The notes: generated by a model from the sequence alone, not told the origin. DNA of 64,000 bases from Syntrophorhabdaceae bacterium (GCA_963666485.2 CAXXUO010000004.1:224001-288000); one strand, 5' to 3'. Positions 28,451-38,925 are shown, counted from the stretch's first letter. Made by a program: numbers and translations.

Positions 28451-28572
28451 CGTCATTCCGGTGCTTGACACCGGGGCCCAAGGTTTTGTTTTTACTCGGT
28501 TTTCCCGTATTAAGAGCAACATGAACAACATGGAAAAAACCTTGGATTCCGGTGTCGAGCACCGGAATGACG
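28451..28572. repeat. CGTC-tagged REP doublet (REPIN-like)
   Basis: CGTCATTCCGGTG-CTTGA-CACCGGGGCCCA and inverted TGGATTCCGGTG-TCGAG-CACCGGAATGACG. Confidence 0.85.
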
Positions 28573-28630
28573 GCGGGGGGAAGGATGGAAAGTTGTTAAG
28601 GTACCTGGCCGCGGGATGACGGCGTATCAA

Positions 28631-28680
28631 CCGTTCGCCGTTCGCCGTTCGCCGTTCCTTTCGCCTTTCGCCGTTCGCCT
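28631..28680. repeat. Heptamer tandem array (GTTCGCC/TTTCGCC)
   Basis: About 7 units ending just before the -35 box at 28687. Confidence 0.9.
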
Positions 28681-28686
28681 AACATC

Positions 28687-28715
28687 TTGCTTTTTTCCCA
28701 AAATCCCGTTATATT
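28687..28715 (+). promoter_or_regulatory. sigma70 promoter upstream of the riboswitch
   Basis: TTGCTT-N17-TATATT. Confidence 0.6.
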
Positions 28716-28726
28716 TTGGCTGTTGT

Positions 28727-28817
28727 TTGAAGGGGAGTAGCTAACTTCAGGCAGGATCAACATACTGGGGAGACCCTGGTCCTGCCGTTGGTAAAAGCCA
28801 ATAAGCGAGACCTTCAG
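28727..28817 (+). promoter_or_regulatory. yybP-ykoY manganese riboswitch
   Basis: Signature AAGGGGAGTAGC ... GCGAGACCTT, GGCAGGAT/GTCCTGCC helix with CAACATA loop, upstream of a UPF0016 gene. Confidence 0.93.
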
Positions 28818-28844
28818 CGGATCATCCGCTGAAGGTCTTTTTTT
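28808..28844 (+). terminator. Riboswitch-controlled intrinsic terminator
   Basis: AGACCTTCAGCGGA-TCA-TCCGCTGAAGGTCT then a T run; the 5' arm overlaps the aptamer P1 3' strand. Confidence 0.9.
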
Positions 28845-28857
28845 TAGGAGGAAATGC

Positions 28858-29550
28858 ATGGACGCCTACCTGGCATCGGTTATTTTCGTCGTTCTCGCTG
28901 AAATGGGTGACAAGACCCAGCTTCTCGCCATGGCCTTCGCATCGCGGTTCCGGTGGCAGACGGTGCTTGCCGGCGTTTTTGTGGCGACGCTCGTGAATCA
29001 CTTCATGGCCGTCGTCGCAGGAAACTATATGACGCGGATCATTCCCCTGCAGTACATCCAGATAGCGGCCGCCGCGTCCTTCATACTGTTCGGGCTCTGG
29101 ACGATCCGCGGAGATACGCTGGAAGGTGAGGACAAACGCTTCAATTTCAGCCCGTTCTGGACGGTCGCCGTCGCATTCTTCATTGCAGAGATGGGGGACA
29201 AGACCCAGCTGGCAACCGTTGCCCTGGCAACCAAGTACAACAGCATCATTGTCGTGTGGCTCGGGACTACCACCGCGATGGTTATTGCCGACGCATTGGG
29301 AATCATCATCGGCATCGTCCTCGGGAAAAAGATACCGGAGCGGGCCGTCAAATGGTTTGCAGCGATCGTTTTCATACTGTTCGGGGTGATCGGGCTCAAG
29401 GAATACCTGCCCCCGAAACACCTCACGGTGCCCGTGATGGCTGCAGGCATCGCCTTTATCATCCTCCTCATGTTCCTCGTTGCGAAGATGACCGATTCCA
29501 AAAAGAAGAGGCTGGCCGAAGAGGCGGTCCCGGTCGACCCGGACGAATGA
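28858..29550 (+). CDS. TMEM165/GDT1 (UPF0016) Mn2+/Ca2+ exporter
   Basis: Two EMGDKTQL motifs, multi-TM, Mn riboswitch upstream. Confidence 0.95.
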   Translation: MDAYLASVIFVVLAEMGDKTQLLAMAFASRFRWQTVLAGVFVATLVNHFMAVVAGNYMTRIIPLQYIQIAAAASFILFGLWTIRGDTLEGEDKRFNFSPFWTVAVAFFIAEMGDKTQLATVALATKYNSIIVVWLGTTTAMVIADALGIIIGIVLGKKIPERAVKWFAAIVFILFGVIGLKEYLPPKHLTVPVMAAGIAFIILLMFLVAKMTDSKKKRLAEEAVPVDPDE

Positions 29551-29671
29551 CCCGGTGACGGGAAGCGAAATTCTTGATGAAATGGCGTGGATAACGCTTT
29601 TTTGACTCGATAAAAGAGTGTATGGTATCCTTATTGTCACTGTTTTTTAACTACATGGGGGTAGGTGAAAA

Positions 29672-30670
29672 ATGAACACACGATGGAAAAGGATATTCGG
29701 GGTCGTGGTCCTTGGTATCGCCGTTTTTTTCCTTTCATGCATAATCCTTGAAACAGCTGCGGATGCACGGGCGGGGGGCGGCAGATCGTCGGGGAGCAGG
29801 GGCATCAGTTCCGGCAGCAGGAGTTCGGGTTCTACGTATAACAGTTCAACCCCGTACCGGAGCACGAATCCGCAGCAGCCGATGCCGCCGCAGCAAACCA
29901 CCAGCCCGGGAAGGAGTTTCCTCTACGGTCTGGGAGGCGGACTTGCGGGCAGCATGATCGGCAGTCTGCTTTTCGGGCGCTCCGGCTATGGAATGGGCGG
30001 CGGAATGGGGGGCGGCGGATTCGGTTTCGGCGATATCCTCATCCTCCTGATCATCGCGGGGGTCCTCTTCTGGGTCTACAGGCGGTACAAGGCACGCAAG
30101 CAGATGGAAATGAGCACGTCGTCCGCAACCGGATACAATTCGTATGCGTACAACGAGCAACAGCCGGCGTACGATTACGGGAACCCGGCGTACAACACCC
30201 AGCCGTCAGGCGATCCTGTCGGGGACGGCCTGCGCCATATCGGGGAAATGGACCCGACCTTCAACGCAGATGCATTCTGTGAAAAGGCCGAGGACCTCTT
30301 CTTCAAGATCCAGGGAGGATGGACGCGGCGCGACCTGACGGCTATATCCGATCTCCTGACGACTCAGATGCGCGAGACATTCCAGGGGGACATCAACCGG
30401 TATATAGCGGATAAGAAGATAAACCGCCTGGAAAATATCGCCGTACGGAACGTCGAGATCGTGGATGCCGTTCAGGACCGGGGAGAAGAGTACATCACGG
30501 TCCGCTACACGGCCAGCCTTCTCGATTTTACCACGGATGAATCGGGGAGCGTACTCTCCGGAAGTTCGACCGATCCCGTGAAGTTTCTCGAATACTGGAC
30601 ATATACCCGCAGGGTCGGCGAACGCACCTGGAGGCTCTCGGGCATCACCCAGGAACAGGATTACAGATAA
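29672..30670 (+). CDS. Tim44-like domain protein
   Basis: ARAGGGRSSGSRG leader, Gly-rich TM region, C-terminal KFLEYWTYTR...W.LSGI.Q. Confidence 0.88.
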   Translation: MNTRWKRIFGVVVLGIAVFFLSCIILETAADARAGGGRSSGSRGISSGSRSSGSTYNSSTPYRSTNPQQPMPPQQTTSPGRSFLYGLGGGLAGSMIGSLLFGRSGYGMGGGMGGGGFGFGDILILLIIAGVLFWVYRRYKARKQMEMSTSSATGYNSYAYNEQQPAYDYGNPAYNTQPSGDPVGDGLRHIGEMDPTFNADAFCEKAEDLFFKIQGGWTRRDLTAISDLLTTQMRETFQGDINRYIADKKINRLENIAVRNVEIVDAVQDRGEEYITVRYTASLLDFTTDESGSVLSGSSTDPVKFLEYWTYTRRVGERTWRLSGITQEQDYR

Positions 30671-30679
30671 AACGATGAA

Positions 30680-33600
30680 ATGGCCGATGACCTGACAGGC
30701 ACTACAAGGCCGCACATAATCGCCGTCCGGTCATCGGCCGGTTCGGGCAAGACGTATCGCCTTGCCCGGCACTATCTTACAGTCCTTCTCGCCAGCGCCC
30801 TCTACGATGCTCCCCTGCAAACCCGCATGGCGAACATTGTCGCCATAACATTCACCAACAAAGCAGCCCAGGAGATGCGCACACGCATCATCGACTGGAT
30901 GAAGCGCATCATCCTCGATGTGCCTTTTGAAAATTCCACGGGGAAGCCCCTCGACGAGATCATGGACGATATACTGGAATTTCCCGGGGGCAGCGAGGGG
31001 AGCGGTGAGACAGGCTCTGCCGGCGCGGCCCGCAAGGTCAGGGATTACCTCATAGAGGCGATGGACCGCCGCTTTTCCGAGCTTCTTAACGATTTCGGAC
31101 ACTTCAATGTCGGCACGATAGACAGTTTCGTTAACCTCACGCTCAAGGCGTCCGCCATGCGGCTCAACCTGCCGCCTGACTTCGATGTCACCACCGAGAC
31201 CCAGGAGCTCATCGATGCCGCCCTCGATGAGGCCTTACGAAAGACCGGTGAGGATCCCCGGGTGCGGGCTGTTTTCGACAGGTTCCTCGAAAGCTACATT
31301 GACCTCGAAGGAGACCAGGCCGACTGGGTGCCGAAAGGGTCCCTGGCGTCGATGATAACGTCGCTTTGGAAAGAGGAAGCGCGGGAGAACAAGGATTTTT
31401 TCGTCCCGCCGGTGAGCGCATACAACGCGCACCGCGTCGCACAGGCGGAAATAGCCAAAACCGCACGCCGTCTTCTCGATTCGTTCTCGGGACAGCAAGA
31501 CCTGCGCCCCCACGCAAGCGTTGTGAAAGCTATCGAGAAGAGCCTTGCCGAACCGCTTGCCTCAAGCGCATATTTTCAACGCAGCCTCACGGGATGCATG
31601 ACGCAGAAGAGCTGCGCGCCGTGTGGTGAGGATAGTGCGCTCTGGGAGGCCCTGATAACCCTCAGGCGTACATATGCCGGGATAGTGTCCCTGTCGAAGT
31701 GCCTGCCGTACCTCGACGTGTTCGCGCTCTTCAAAAACATATTCACGTCGGAGGTATTGTCACGAAAGCGCGTCATCCCCATAGAGGAGCTGAACCGGCT
31801 CCTCATTGCGATCATGGACCGCAGCGACTTCGTTCCGGAGATATGCTATACGCTTTCCGAGCAGTACCTTCACTTCCTGATCGATGAATTCCAGGACACA
31901 AGTTATCTCCAGTGGAAAAATATCGAGGTGCTTGCGGACGAGGCGTTAAGCCGCGGAGGCTCGCTTTTTCTCGTCGGGGACAAAAAACAGGCTATCTACC
32001 GATGGCGCGGAGGCAGGGCCGACCTTATCGACACCGTAGAAGAGCGGTATAAAAGCTACGCTCCCCAGCATCTCGAGCTCGACACGAACTATCGCAGCGG
32101 CGAGCATATAGTCGACTTCAACAATGCCGTCTTCCGTGATGAAAACCTTGAGATCCTGGTAAAGGCCGCCCTCAAGGAATGCGAAGAAGACGACATACAA
32201 AGGATCATCGGCCCGTACCGTTCTTCAAAACAGAAATTTCTCGAGACGAAGCGCGGCACAGGATATGTATCCATCGAATACCTGGTGGGCGGCGACGCTG
32301 AGGAAGGGTGCCCGGAGACCCTGACAAAAGAGGAGGCCGGCGCCATCGTCGAGGAAAGGGTCCGTCAGATCATCGGGGAGGTCCGCGACCGCCGTGCCTG
32401 CTCTGAGAAGGACATCGCGTTTCTTGTCAGGACACGCGAAGAAGCACGGACCATCGTCGAGGTCCTCCTTTCCATGGACGTCAGCGTTGAATCGGAATTT
32501 ACCGTCAGCGTCAGGAACAATCCCCTTGTACGGGAGATTATCAGCCTCCTTAAATTCATCGACAGGCCCGACGATGACCTGTCGTTCGGCTCGTTCATAA
32601 CGGGCAGGATATTTCCCCTGAGGGCCGGGACCGACAGGTCCGCGATGGTTGCATGGCTTACGGCAAAACGTATCTCCGGCACGCCGCGCCCGTTTTACCT
32701 CGACTTCAGGGTTGATCTCGCGGACCTCTACGACGACGGGTTCAGGAGATTTCTCGACCGTTCGGGGTACCTTCCGCTCTATGACCTTCTCGTCGAACTC
32801 ATCAGGCACTGGGAGGTACTGGCGCGGTTTCCCGATGATATCCCCTATGTCCTCCATTTCTTGGAAGTCGTCAAAGACCTCGAGCAGCAAGGGATATCCA
32901 CGATAAAAGGCCTCACGGACCGCTTATCCGGCGGCCCTCTCGACCGGGAGGACGACGCCATATGGCTCCTTAATTCCCCCGAATCGCTGAGCGCCATAAA
33001 GGTCCTGACGATACACAAGGCAAAAGGGCTTCAATTCCCCGTCGTCATACTCCCTTTCCTGTCCCTGTCGCCATTCGGATCGCTCGGCGGCCCGGACAGG
33101 CAGCGCTTCTTTGAAACCGGAAGCGACGGCCTCACAATGCGTTATCTCAGGAAGGATTATATCGAGGCTTCGCCGGAACTTAAGGCTATTTACCGGTCGA
33201 AGGAACGGGAATACCTGGAGGACGAACTCAACAACCTGTACGTTGCGATGACAAGGGCCGAAGAAGAGCTCTACATCCTGCTCACCGAGAGGAAAGGGAA
33301 GAAGAACCACCTCGGGGATTACCTTTTCGCCATCCCGGAATTTGAGGCCTTCACATCCGGCAACCGGATCGCTATCGGCACCACAAATTCCGCCTCTCAG
33401 GACAACATCCCGCCCGCGGGGCCCGGTGAGGCCCTGTCGTTCACGGACCTTACCGGCGGCTCACGATGGGCCCTCGGCATCAAGACCGCATCATCCGGCG
33501 CCGCGGGATACGGGACACGCTCCCTTCAGGCGAGAAAACTGGGCGATGCGGTGCACCGGGCCTTATCGCTCGTCGACACGCTTCCTGTCGATGATGCCTT

Positions 33601-33970
33601 TATCACGTCGCTATGCCGGACTGCCGCGTCGCTCGAACACGCGACGGAAATAACGGACGACATCGCCGCGTCACTCAGGACATTTTTCCGCAATCCTGCG
33701 TTCTGCCGCTTTTTTGAGCCGGGTCCCGGCGTGACCGCCTATAATGAAAAAGAGATTGTCGACGGCCGGGGTAATACGTTCAAGCTCGACCGGCTTATCG
33801 TCAGGCCCGATGTGATCGAGGTCGTCGACTACAAGACGGGCGGCAGCCATCTCCCGCAGCACGCGGAACAGGTGGCGACGTATGCCGGCCTCGTTTCCGC
33901 TCTCTATCCCGCTAAGGAGGTCCGGAAGTATATTCTTTACATCGAGAACGGCGAGGTGTTCGAAGCATGA
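30680..33970 (+). CDS. addA: UvrD-like helicase-nuclease, AddA type
   Basis: SAGSGKT, AITFTNKAA, IDEFQDTS, VGDKKQAIYRWRG, TIHKAKGL, YVAMTRA, C-terminal DRL...VDYKTG nuclease. Confidence 0.9.
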   Translation: MADDLTGTTRPHIIAVRSSAGSGKTYRLARHYLTVLLASALYDAPLQTRMANIVAITFTNKAAQEMRTRIIDWMKRIILDVPFENSTGKPLDEIMDDILEFPGGSEGSGETGSAGAARKVRDYLIEAMDRRFSELLNDFGHFNVGTIDSFVNLTLKASAMRLNLPPDFDVTTETQELIDAALDEALRKTGEDPRVRAVFDRFLESYIDLEGDQADWVPKGSLASMITSLWKEEARENKDFFVPPVSAYNAHRVAQAEIAKTARRLLDSFSGQQDLRPHASVVKAIEKSLAEPLASSAYFQRSLTGCMTQKSCAPCGEDSALWEALITLRRTYAGIVSLSKCLPYLDVFALFKNIFTSEVLSRKRVIPIEELNRLLIAIMDRSDFVPEICYTLSEQYLHFLIDEFQDTSYLQWKNIEVLADEALSRGGSLFLVGDKKQAIYRWRGGRADLIDTVEERYKSYAPQHLELDTNYRSGEHIVDFNNAVFRDENLEILVKAALKECEEDDIQRIIGPYRSSKQKFLETKRGTGYVSIEYLVGGDAEEGCPETLTKEEAGAIVEERVRQIIGEVRDRRACSEKDIAFLVRTREEARTIVEVLLSMDVSVESEFTVSVRNNPLVREIISLLKFIDRPDDDLSFGSFITGRIFPLRAGTDRSAMVAWLTAKRISGTPRPFYLDFRVDLADLYDDGFRRFLDRSGYLPLYDLLVELIRHWEVLARFPDDIPYVLHFLEVVKDLEQQGISTIKGLTDRLSGGPLDREDDAIWLLNSPESLSAIKVLTIHKAKGLQFPVVILPFLSLSPFGSLGGPDRQRFFETGSDGLTMRYLRKDYIEASPELKAIYRSKEREYLEDELNNLYVAMTRAEEELYILLTERKGKKNHLGDYLFAIPEFEAFTSGNRIAIGTTNSASQDNIPPAGPGEALSFTDLTGGSRWALGIKTASSGAAGYGTRSLQARKLGDAVHRALSLVDTLPVDDAFITSLCRTAASLEHATEITDDIAASLRTFFRNPAFCRFFEPGPGVTAYNEKEIVDGRGNTFKLDRLIVRPDVIEVVDYKTGGSHLPQHAEQVATYAGLVSALYPAKEVRKYILYIENGEVFEA

Positions 33971-36777
33971 GCCGTTTCCGTGTTATCCCTTTTCAGTCCG
34001 ACCTTATCGACGAAGCCGCCGGGATGATCACCGGTCCGTATGAAAATACCACGATCGTCTTCCCGGGAAGGCGCCCTTCCCTTTATCTCAAGGAAAACCT
34101 TGCGCGGCGTGCCGCGGGGGCCTTCTTCCCGCCGGTCTGTTTCTCCTTCGAGGATTTCATCGACCATCTCGCCCGCAGGAAATTCCCGGCACGCGAGGAC
34201 ATTGACGGTATCGACGCCATCTGGCTTATCTTCACGCTCATCACCACACTGCCGGTGTTTGACGGGCACCCTTTCCGCACGAAAAATTTCGGGGAATTCC
34301 TAAGCTGGGGAGCGCATCTTCTCAATTTCATCGAGCGCCTCGATATGGAAGATATCGGTAACGATGCCCTGGTCAATGTCGAACGCAATGCCGCCATAGG
34401 CTATGACATCCCGCAGAGCGTCAACGAATTGCTGGCTAATATATCGGCTGTGCGACAGGAATTTCACGCCGCCCTTGCCGCAGGTTCGTGGTTCACACGG
34501 GGGACAAAACACCTGGCAGCCGCCGAAGAAGCGAAGACGGCATGGGGCCCGGACGCGGGGCACGTCCTCTTCGCGGGGATCTATGGACTGACGGGGACAG
34601 AAAAAAGCATCGTCAGGTCGCTTTGGGATGCCGGCCGGTGCGATGTTCTCGTGAGCGGCAGCCTCGATGAATGGCCGCTTCTTCATGAACTCGCGTCATA
34701 TCTCAAGGCAACCCCGGACATAAGGGAAGATGCCGAAGTGAGACGCCCGGTGATCTATCTCCACTCGGGCCACGATACACACTCCGAAGCCCTCGAGGCA
34801 TACCGGATAATACGGGGGGGCGGCCCCGGGCCGTGGGCCGTTATCCTTCCGGCCGCGGAATCCCTCTTCCCTGTACTGGATCTCGTTGCTGACAGAATCG
34901 ATGTCCCCTGTAATATTTCACTCGGATACCCGATGGAGAGAACGGCCCTTTTCGGGCTCATCCGCAATATCCTCGACGCCGCATGCGCCCGGGGCCCGGA
35001 CGGGCTCTACCCGGTCAGCCTCTACCTCGACGTTGTGCTGCACCCGTTCGTCAAGAACATGTTTTCCGGTACCGACCTGCGCAGACTGCTGCTTTACGTC
35101 GAGCGGTCACTCTCGGGCGATACGAACGATGCGTCCCTGACAGGCCGTTCGGCCGTTCTCCCCGACGAGATCGAGACTTTTGTCTCGTCTCCGGGCAGCG
35201 GCGCTTTCGATGCCGGGTCGATCGATGCCCTGAAAAGGATCCACACGCTTCTCTTCCGCAACCTCGCCGCCTCGGCCACGATACACGATGTTGCGATGAA
35301 CCTCGAAAATATTCTTGAGGCCGTGCTCGATGCGACCGGGATCAGGTCTTACGCACTGTCGGGGCCCATGTTCACCAGCTTGTTCAGGGCACTCGAGGCT
35401 TTGAAAAGGACCCTCTTCGCAAAAGAGGTACTGTCCGGCAACCCGGCACAAAATGCCCGGGCCCTTCACGAGATCGTTCTCGGCCGCCTCACAATGGCCG
35501 GCATTCCATTCGATACCCATCCCATAGAGGAACTCGAGATACTCGGCATGCTCGAGGCGCGTACCATCTCCTTTGAAAGGCTCGTCATGCTCGATGTCAA
35601 CGAGGGCGTTCTGCCGGGCCCGCGCCAGGTGAACCCGGTCGTCCCCATCGGGGTCTTCGAAACCATCGGCATCCCCACGCCCGAGTTCAGCGAGGCCATA
35701 TACCGCTACAATTTTTACCGGCTCACCGGAAGTGCCCGGGAGGTCCATCTTGTATTCCGGGGGAGCGTCGACCGGCAGAGAAGCCGCTACATCGAAGAGA
35801 TCGTGTGGCGCGAAGAAAAAAAGCAAAAGATGCTGAACGTTATGCCGGTCGGGCAGACCATCATGCAGGTCAACTTAAAACGCGATATCCTCCCGCCGGC
35901 CATTGAAAAGACGCCGTCTGTTATTTCGGCGCTCTCCGTGAGGGGTTTTTCACCGAGCATACTCGACGCGTATATCGCATGCCCGCTCTTTTTCTATTTC
36001 ACGCGCCTCATCGGCCTTGAGGAGCACGAGGGTTTCTCGACCGATATAGACGCGACGAGCCGCGGGGATATCGTCCACCGCATCCTGTACGATACCTTCC
36101 TGCCCTTGCAGGGGATGCCCCTGACGCGGGAGATAGAGGATACTATCCTCGGAAGCCTCGACAACGCCCTCAAAAAGCATTTCACAGAAAACTCCAATTC
36201 AGGGGAATACTACCTCTTCCGAGGAATGGCGCAGTACAAGCTCCGGTCGTTCGTGAAGACCCATCTGAAAAATTGCGAGGAACCGTTCATCGTGCAATAC
36301 CTCGAAGAGAAACTTGCCGCACCGTTTCTCGTGGACGGCGTGCCGGTAAACCTGTCGGGCAAGGTCGACCGGATCGATTGCGATACGACGGGGACAGCAT
36401 TCACCGTCAACGATTACAAAACAGGCGGGGGCCGCGGGCAATATCCGGCCGGGGTACTCAAAAAGACCGATTTCCTCGACATCGCATCGATACACGAGCG
36501 CGTGCCTTCTTTCCAGCTTCCCGTCTACATAAATATCTTCTCCTCCGCAAAAAACATCCCGATCGAAAACATAAACGCGCGCCTCATCCTCCTCGGAAAG
36601 AACACCGAGGAACAATTTTACAAACCGCGGCAGGATAGCAGGGCGGACCTCATCGCCGCATACACGGAAGGCATAAGGACCGTTGTCGCTCATATGCTCA
36701 ACCCCGACATTCCCTTCGCCGCATTCGATACGAAGAGATGCATGCAGTGCAGCGTGCGGGATATGTGTCATGTGTGA
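33967..36777 (+). CDS. addB: AddB-type PD-(D/E)xK nuclease subunit
   Basis: Overlaps the addA stop; FSPS..DAYIACP, GKVDRID, DYKTG, C-terminal CxxC-x5-C (Fe-S ligands). Confidence 0.85.
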   Translation: MSRFRVIPFQSDLIDEAAGMITGPYENTTIVFPGRRPSLYLKENLARRAAGAFFPPVCFSFEDFIDHLARRKFPAREDIDGIDAIWLIFTLITTLPVFDGHPFRTKNFGEFLSWGAHLLNFIERLDMEDIGNDALVNVERNAAIGYDIPQSVNELLANISAVRQEFHAALAAGSWFTRGTKHLAAAEEAKTAWGPDAGHVLFAGIYGLTGTEKSIVRSLWDAGRCDVLVSGSLDEWPLLHELASYLKATPDIREDAEVRRPVIYLHSGHDTHSEALEAYRIIRGGGPGPWAVILPAAESLFPVLDLVADRIDVPCNISLGYPMERTALFGLIRNILDAACARGPDGLYPVSLYLDVVLHPFVKNMFSGTDLRRLLLYVERSLSGDTNDASLTGRSAVLPDEIETFVSSPGSGAFDAGSIDALKRIHTLLFRNLAASATIHDVAMNLENILEAVLDATGIRSYALSGPMFTSLFRALEALKRTLFAKEVLSGNPAQNARALHEIVLGRLTMAGIPFDTHPIEELEILGMLEARTISFERLVMLDVNEGVLPGPRQVNPVVPIGVFETIGIPTPEFSEAIYRYNFYRLTGSAREVHLVFRGSVDRQRSRYIEEIVWREEKKQKMLNVMPVGQTIMQVNLKRDILPPAIEKTPSVISALSVRGFSPSILDAYIACPLFFYFTRLIGLEEHEGFSTDIDATSRGDIVHRILYDTFLPLQGMPLTREIEDTILGSLDNALKKHFTENSNSGEYYLFRGMAQYKLRSFVKTHLKNCEEPFIVQYLEEKLAAPFLVDGVPVNLSGKVDRIDCDTTGTAFTVNDYKTGGGRGQYPAGVLKKTDFLDIASIHERVPSFQLPVYINIFSSAKNIPIENINARLILLGKNTEEQFYKPRQDSRADLIAAYTEGIRTVVAHMLNPDIPFAAFDTKRCMQCSVRDMCHV

Positions 36778-36968
36778 CGGCTAACGGCGAACGGCTAACG
36801 GCGAACGGGAAAAACAGACCGAGATGGAAGCCTTTCGAGTCTGTATGTACGATTCACCGAGATGGTTTCAATCTGACTATCCTGTATGATCGAAACCTTT
36901 ACATTGAGCCTTTTGTTTTTAGCCTTTAGTCTTTTGCCGTTAGCCGTTAGCCGTTAGCCGTTAGCCGC
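36775..36968. repeat. Inverted heptamer arms enclosing a ~100-bp core
   Basis: TGACGGC TAACGGC GAACGGC TAACGGC GAACGGG ... (GTTAGCC)4. Confidence 0.9.
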
Positions 36969-37004
36969 TTCCATTCCTCGCCGCTTATATGGTATAAAAC
37001 TCCC

Positions 37005-37769
37005 ATGTTCGTCGATTCTCACTGCCATCTCGAAATGGAGTCTTATCAGGGCGATAGGGGCGATGTCATCCAAAAATGCATCGATGAAGGGATGGAATAC
37101 GTTCTCACTGTCGGCACGGAAGAGTCATATTTTAAAAGCGTCATCGATCTTGTAGACCGGTACCCGTTCATATATGGTGCCATCGGCATCCACCCTCACA
37201 ATGCCGCGGATTTTACGGACAGGACGGAGAAGGCGATCAGGAAGGCCGCCGCACACCCGAAGATCGTCGGCTATGGGGAAGTGGGTCTCGATCTTTTCAA
37301 GAACTATTCGCCGCACGACGTACAGAAAAGAATATTTGTACGGCAGCTTGCCCTTGCCGGTGAGCTCAACCTGCCGGTCATCGTCCATTCGCGCGATGCA
37401 AAAAAGGAGACGATCGATATCCTGAAGAAGGAATATGAGAGCGGGCGGGGCGTTATCCACTGCTTCTCGTATGACCGCAGCGCGGCCGCGGTTTTCCTTG
37501 ACATGGGGTTTTACATTTCGATCCCCGGAACGGTGACGTACAAGACTGCGGCGCCCTTGCGGGAAGCGCTCCGGTATATACCCCGTGACCGGCTCCTCGC
37601 CGAGACGGACGCCCCGTTTTTGACGCCGGTGCCCCACCGCGGCAAGCGCAATGTCCCCTGGTACGTCAAGCTGACGATAGCGGCGATGGCAGCGGAACTC
37701 GGGACAACGGCGGAAGAATTGGCTGCGACGCTGCGTGATAATTTCGTACGGTTATTTCTGAAAAAATAG
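37005..37769 (+). CDS. tatD: TatD family nuclease
   Basis: DSHCHL, GIHPH, GEVGLD, VHSRDA, IHCFS, ETDAPFL. Confidence 0.93.
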   Translation: MFVDSHCHLEMESYQGDRGDVIQKCIDEGMEYVLTVGTEESYFKSVIDLVDRYPFIYGAIGIHPHNAADFTDRTEKAIRKAAAHPKIVGYGEVGLDLFKNYSPHDVQKRIFVRQLALAGELNLPVIVHSRDAKKETIDILKKEYESGRGVIHCFSYDRSAAAVFLDMGFYISIPGTVTYKTAAPLREALRYIPRDRLLAETDAPFLTPVPHRGKRNVPWYVKLTIAAMAAELGTTAEELAATLRDNFVRLFLKK

Positions 37770-37780
37770 AGGGACTGCTC

Positions 37781-38347
37781 ATGAAGCCTGCGATCATTAT
37801 TGTGGATGTTCTCGACGGAAATTTTCAGAAACCCCTCGGCGACACGAAGGAAGAAGAAAAGATCGTGCCGGTTATTCGCGACCTTCTCAAGCGTGCACGT
37901 ACCAGGAAGATCCCGGTCATCTTTGCCTGTGACAGCTTTCTGGAACAGGACTTCCTCTTCCGCGGCCGCATGAAACCCCACGCGATCCGGGGGACCGCCG
38001 GCACAAAACCCTTGAAGGAACTGGAGGTCGAAGAATCGGACATCGTACTCGACAAACGGCGCTTCAGTGCTTTCTTCAAGACGGACCTCGACCAGACGCT
38101 CCGCACGTATGGCGTCGATACGGTCGCCATCGGCGGACTGAACACGCATTTCTGCGTGCTTGCGACGGCCTTTGACGCGGTCTGCAATGACTTTTACACG
38201 GTCATCCTGGAGGATGCGAGCGCTGCATTCAAAAGGGAGATCCATGAAAATTTCCTTGCCGCATACAGGAATTCCGCGATCTACCCCATCTTCAGGGTCA
38301 TGACATCCGATGATTTTATGATGGAGGCCGGGAAGGACAACACATGA
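37781..38347 (+). CDS. Isochorismatase-like cysteine hydrolase (nicotinamidase family)
   Basis: IIVD, KRRFSAF..TDL, THFCV..TAFDA. Confidence 0.9.
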   Translation: MKPAIIIVDVLDGNFQKPLGDTKEEEKIVPVIRDLLKRARTRKIPVIFACDSFLEQDFLFRGRMKPHAIRGTAGTKPLKELEVEESDIVLDKRRFSAFFKTDLDQTLRTYGVDTVAIGGLNTHFCVLATAFDAVCNDFYTVILEDASAAFKREIHENFLAAYRNSAIYPIFRVMTSDDFMMEAGKDNT

Positions 38348-38925
38348 TGCCTTACAAGAAACAAAACGGCATCGAAGTGCTCTCCGGGGGAGCACCGCCG
38401 GACAAACGGCGCCCCTCTGTGCCGTACATCATAGTTCTTATCTGCCTGGTCGTTGCGGCGGGCGGCTACTTTGCCTGGAAATATCTCGGGTTTGCGAGAC
38501 AACCAAAACAGATCGTCGTTTCAGATATGGTCGAGCTCAAGCTCTATTACCCGGCGCCCCCGGCAAAATTGGCGGTCAAGGGTATCCCGGTCAAGGCGAA
38601 CGCACTGGACAGGGAAAAGGCCGATGTGATCATCTCCGCACTGAAGTCGGGCAGGGTCCTGCCGGAGAGCATCGCTCTTACAGAGTTCGCCGCCGACCAG
38701 GACGGGACCTTGCTTCTCAATTTCTCGCACGAGATAGCCACGATGAAGCTTGACCCTTTAACAGAGATCCAGACGGTATATGCGATCGTAAACTCTTTCC
38801 TGGCAAATTTCACCCGGGCAAAAAGCGTTCAGCTTCTCGCCGGGGGGCAGGCATTCTTTACGATCAACGGCACCGCCTACACGTATAAGCCACTGGAGTT
38901 CAACAGTCAGATCCTGGAGGATTAA
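38344..38925 (+). CDS. GerMN domain membrane-anchored protein
   Basis: Single TM, LKLYY, LNFS, E...VYAIVNS, VQLL. Confidence 0.75.
   Translation: MMPYKKQNGIEVLSGGAPPDKRRPSVPYIIVLICLVVAAGGYFAWKYLGFARQPKQIVVSDMVELKLYYPAPPAKLAVKGIPVKANALDREKADVIISALKSGRVLPESIALTEFAADQDGTLLLNFSHEIATMKLDPLTEIQTVYAIVNSFLANFTRAKSVQLLAGGQAFFTINGTAYTYKPLEFNSQILED

Noticed and set aside
33967..36777. Cas4 or defence nuclease
   Set aside because: The Fe-S PD-(D/E)xK domain is the C-terminus of a 936-aa protein coupled to an AddA helicase, which is ordinary AddAB.
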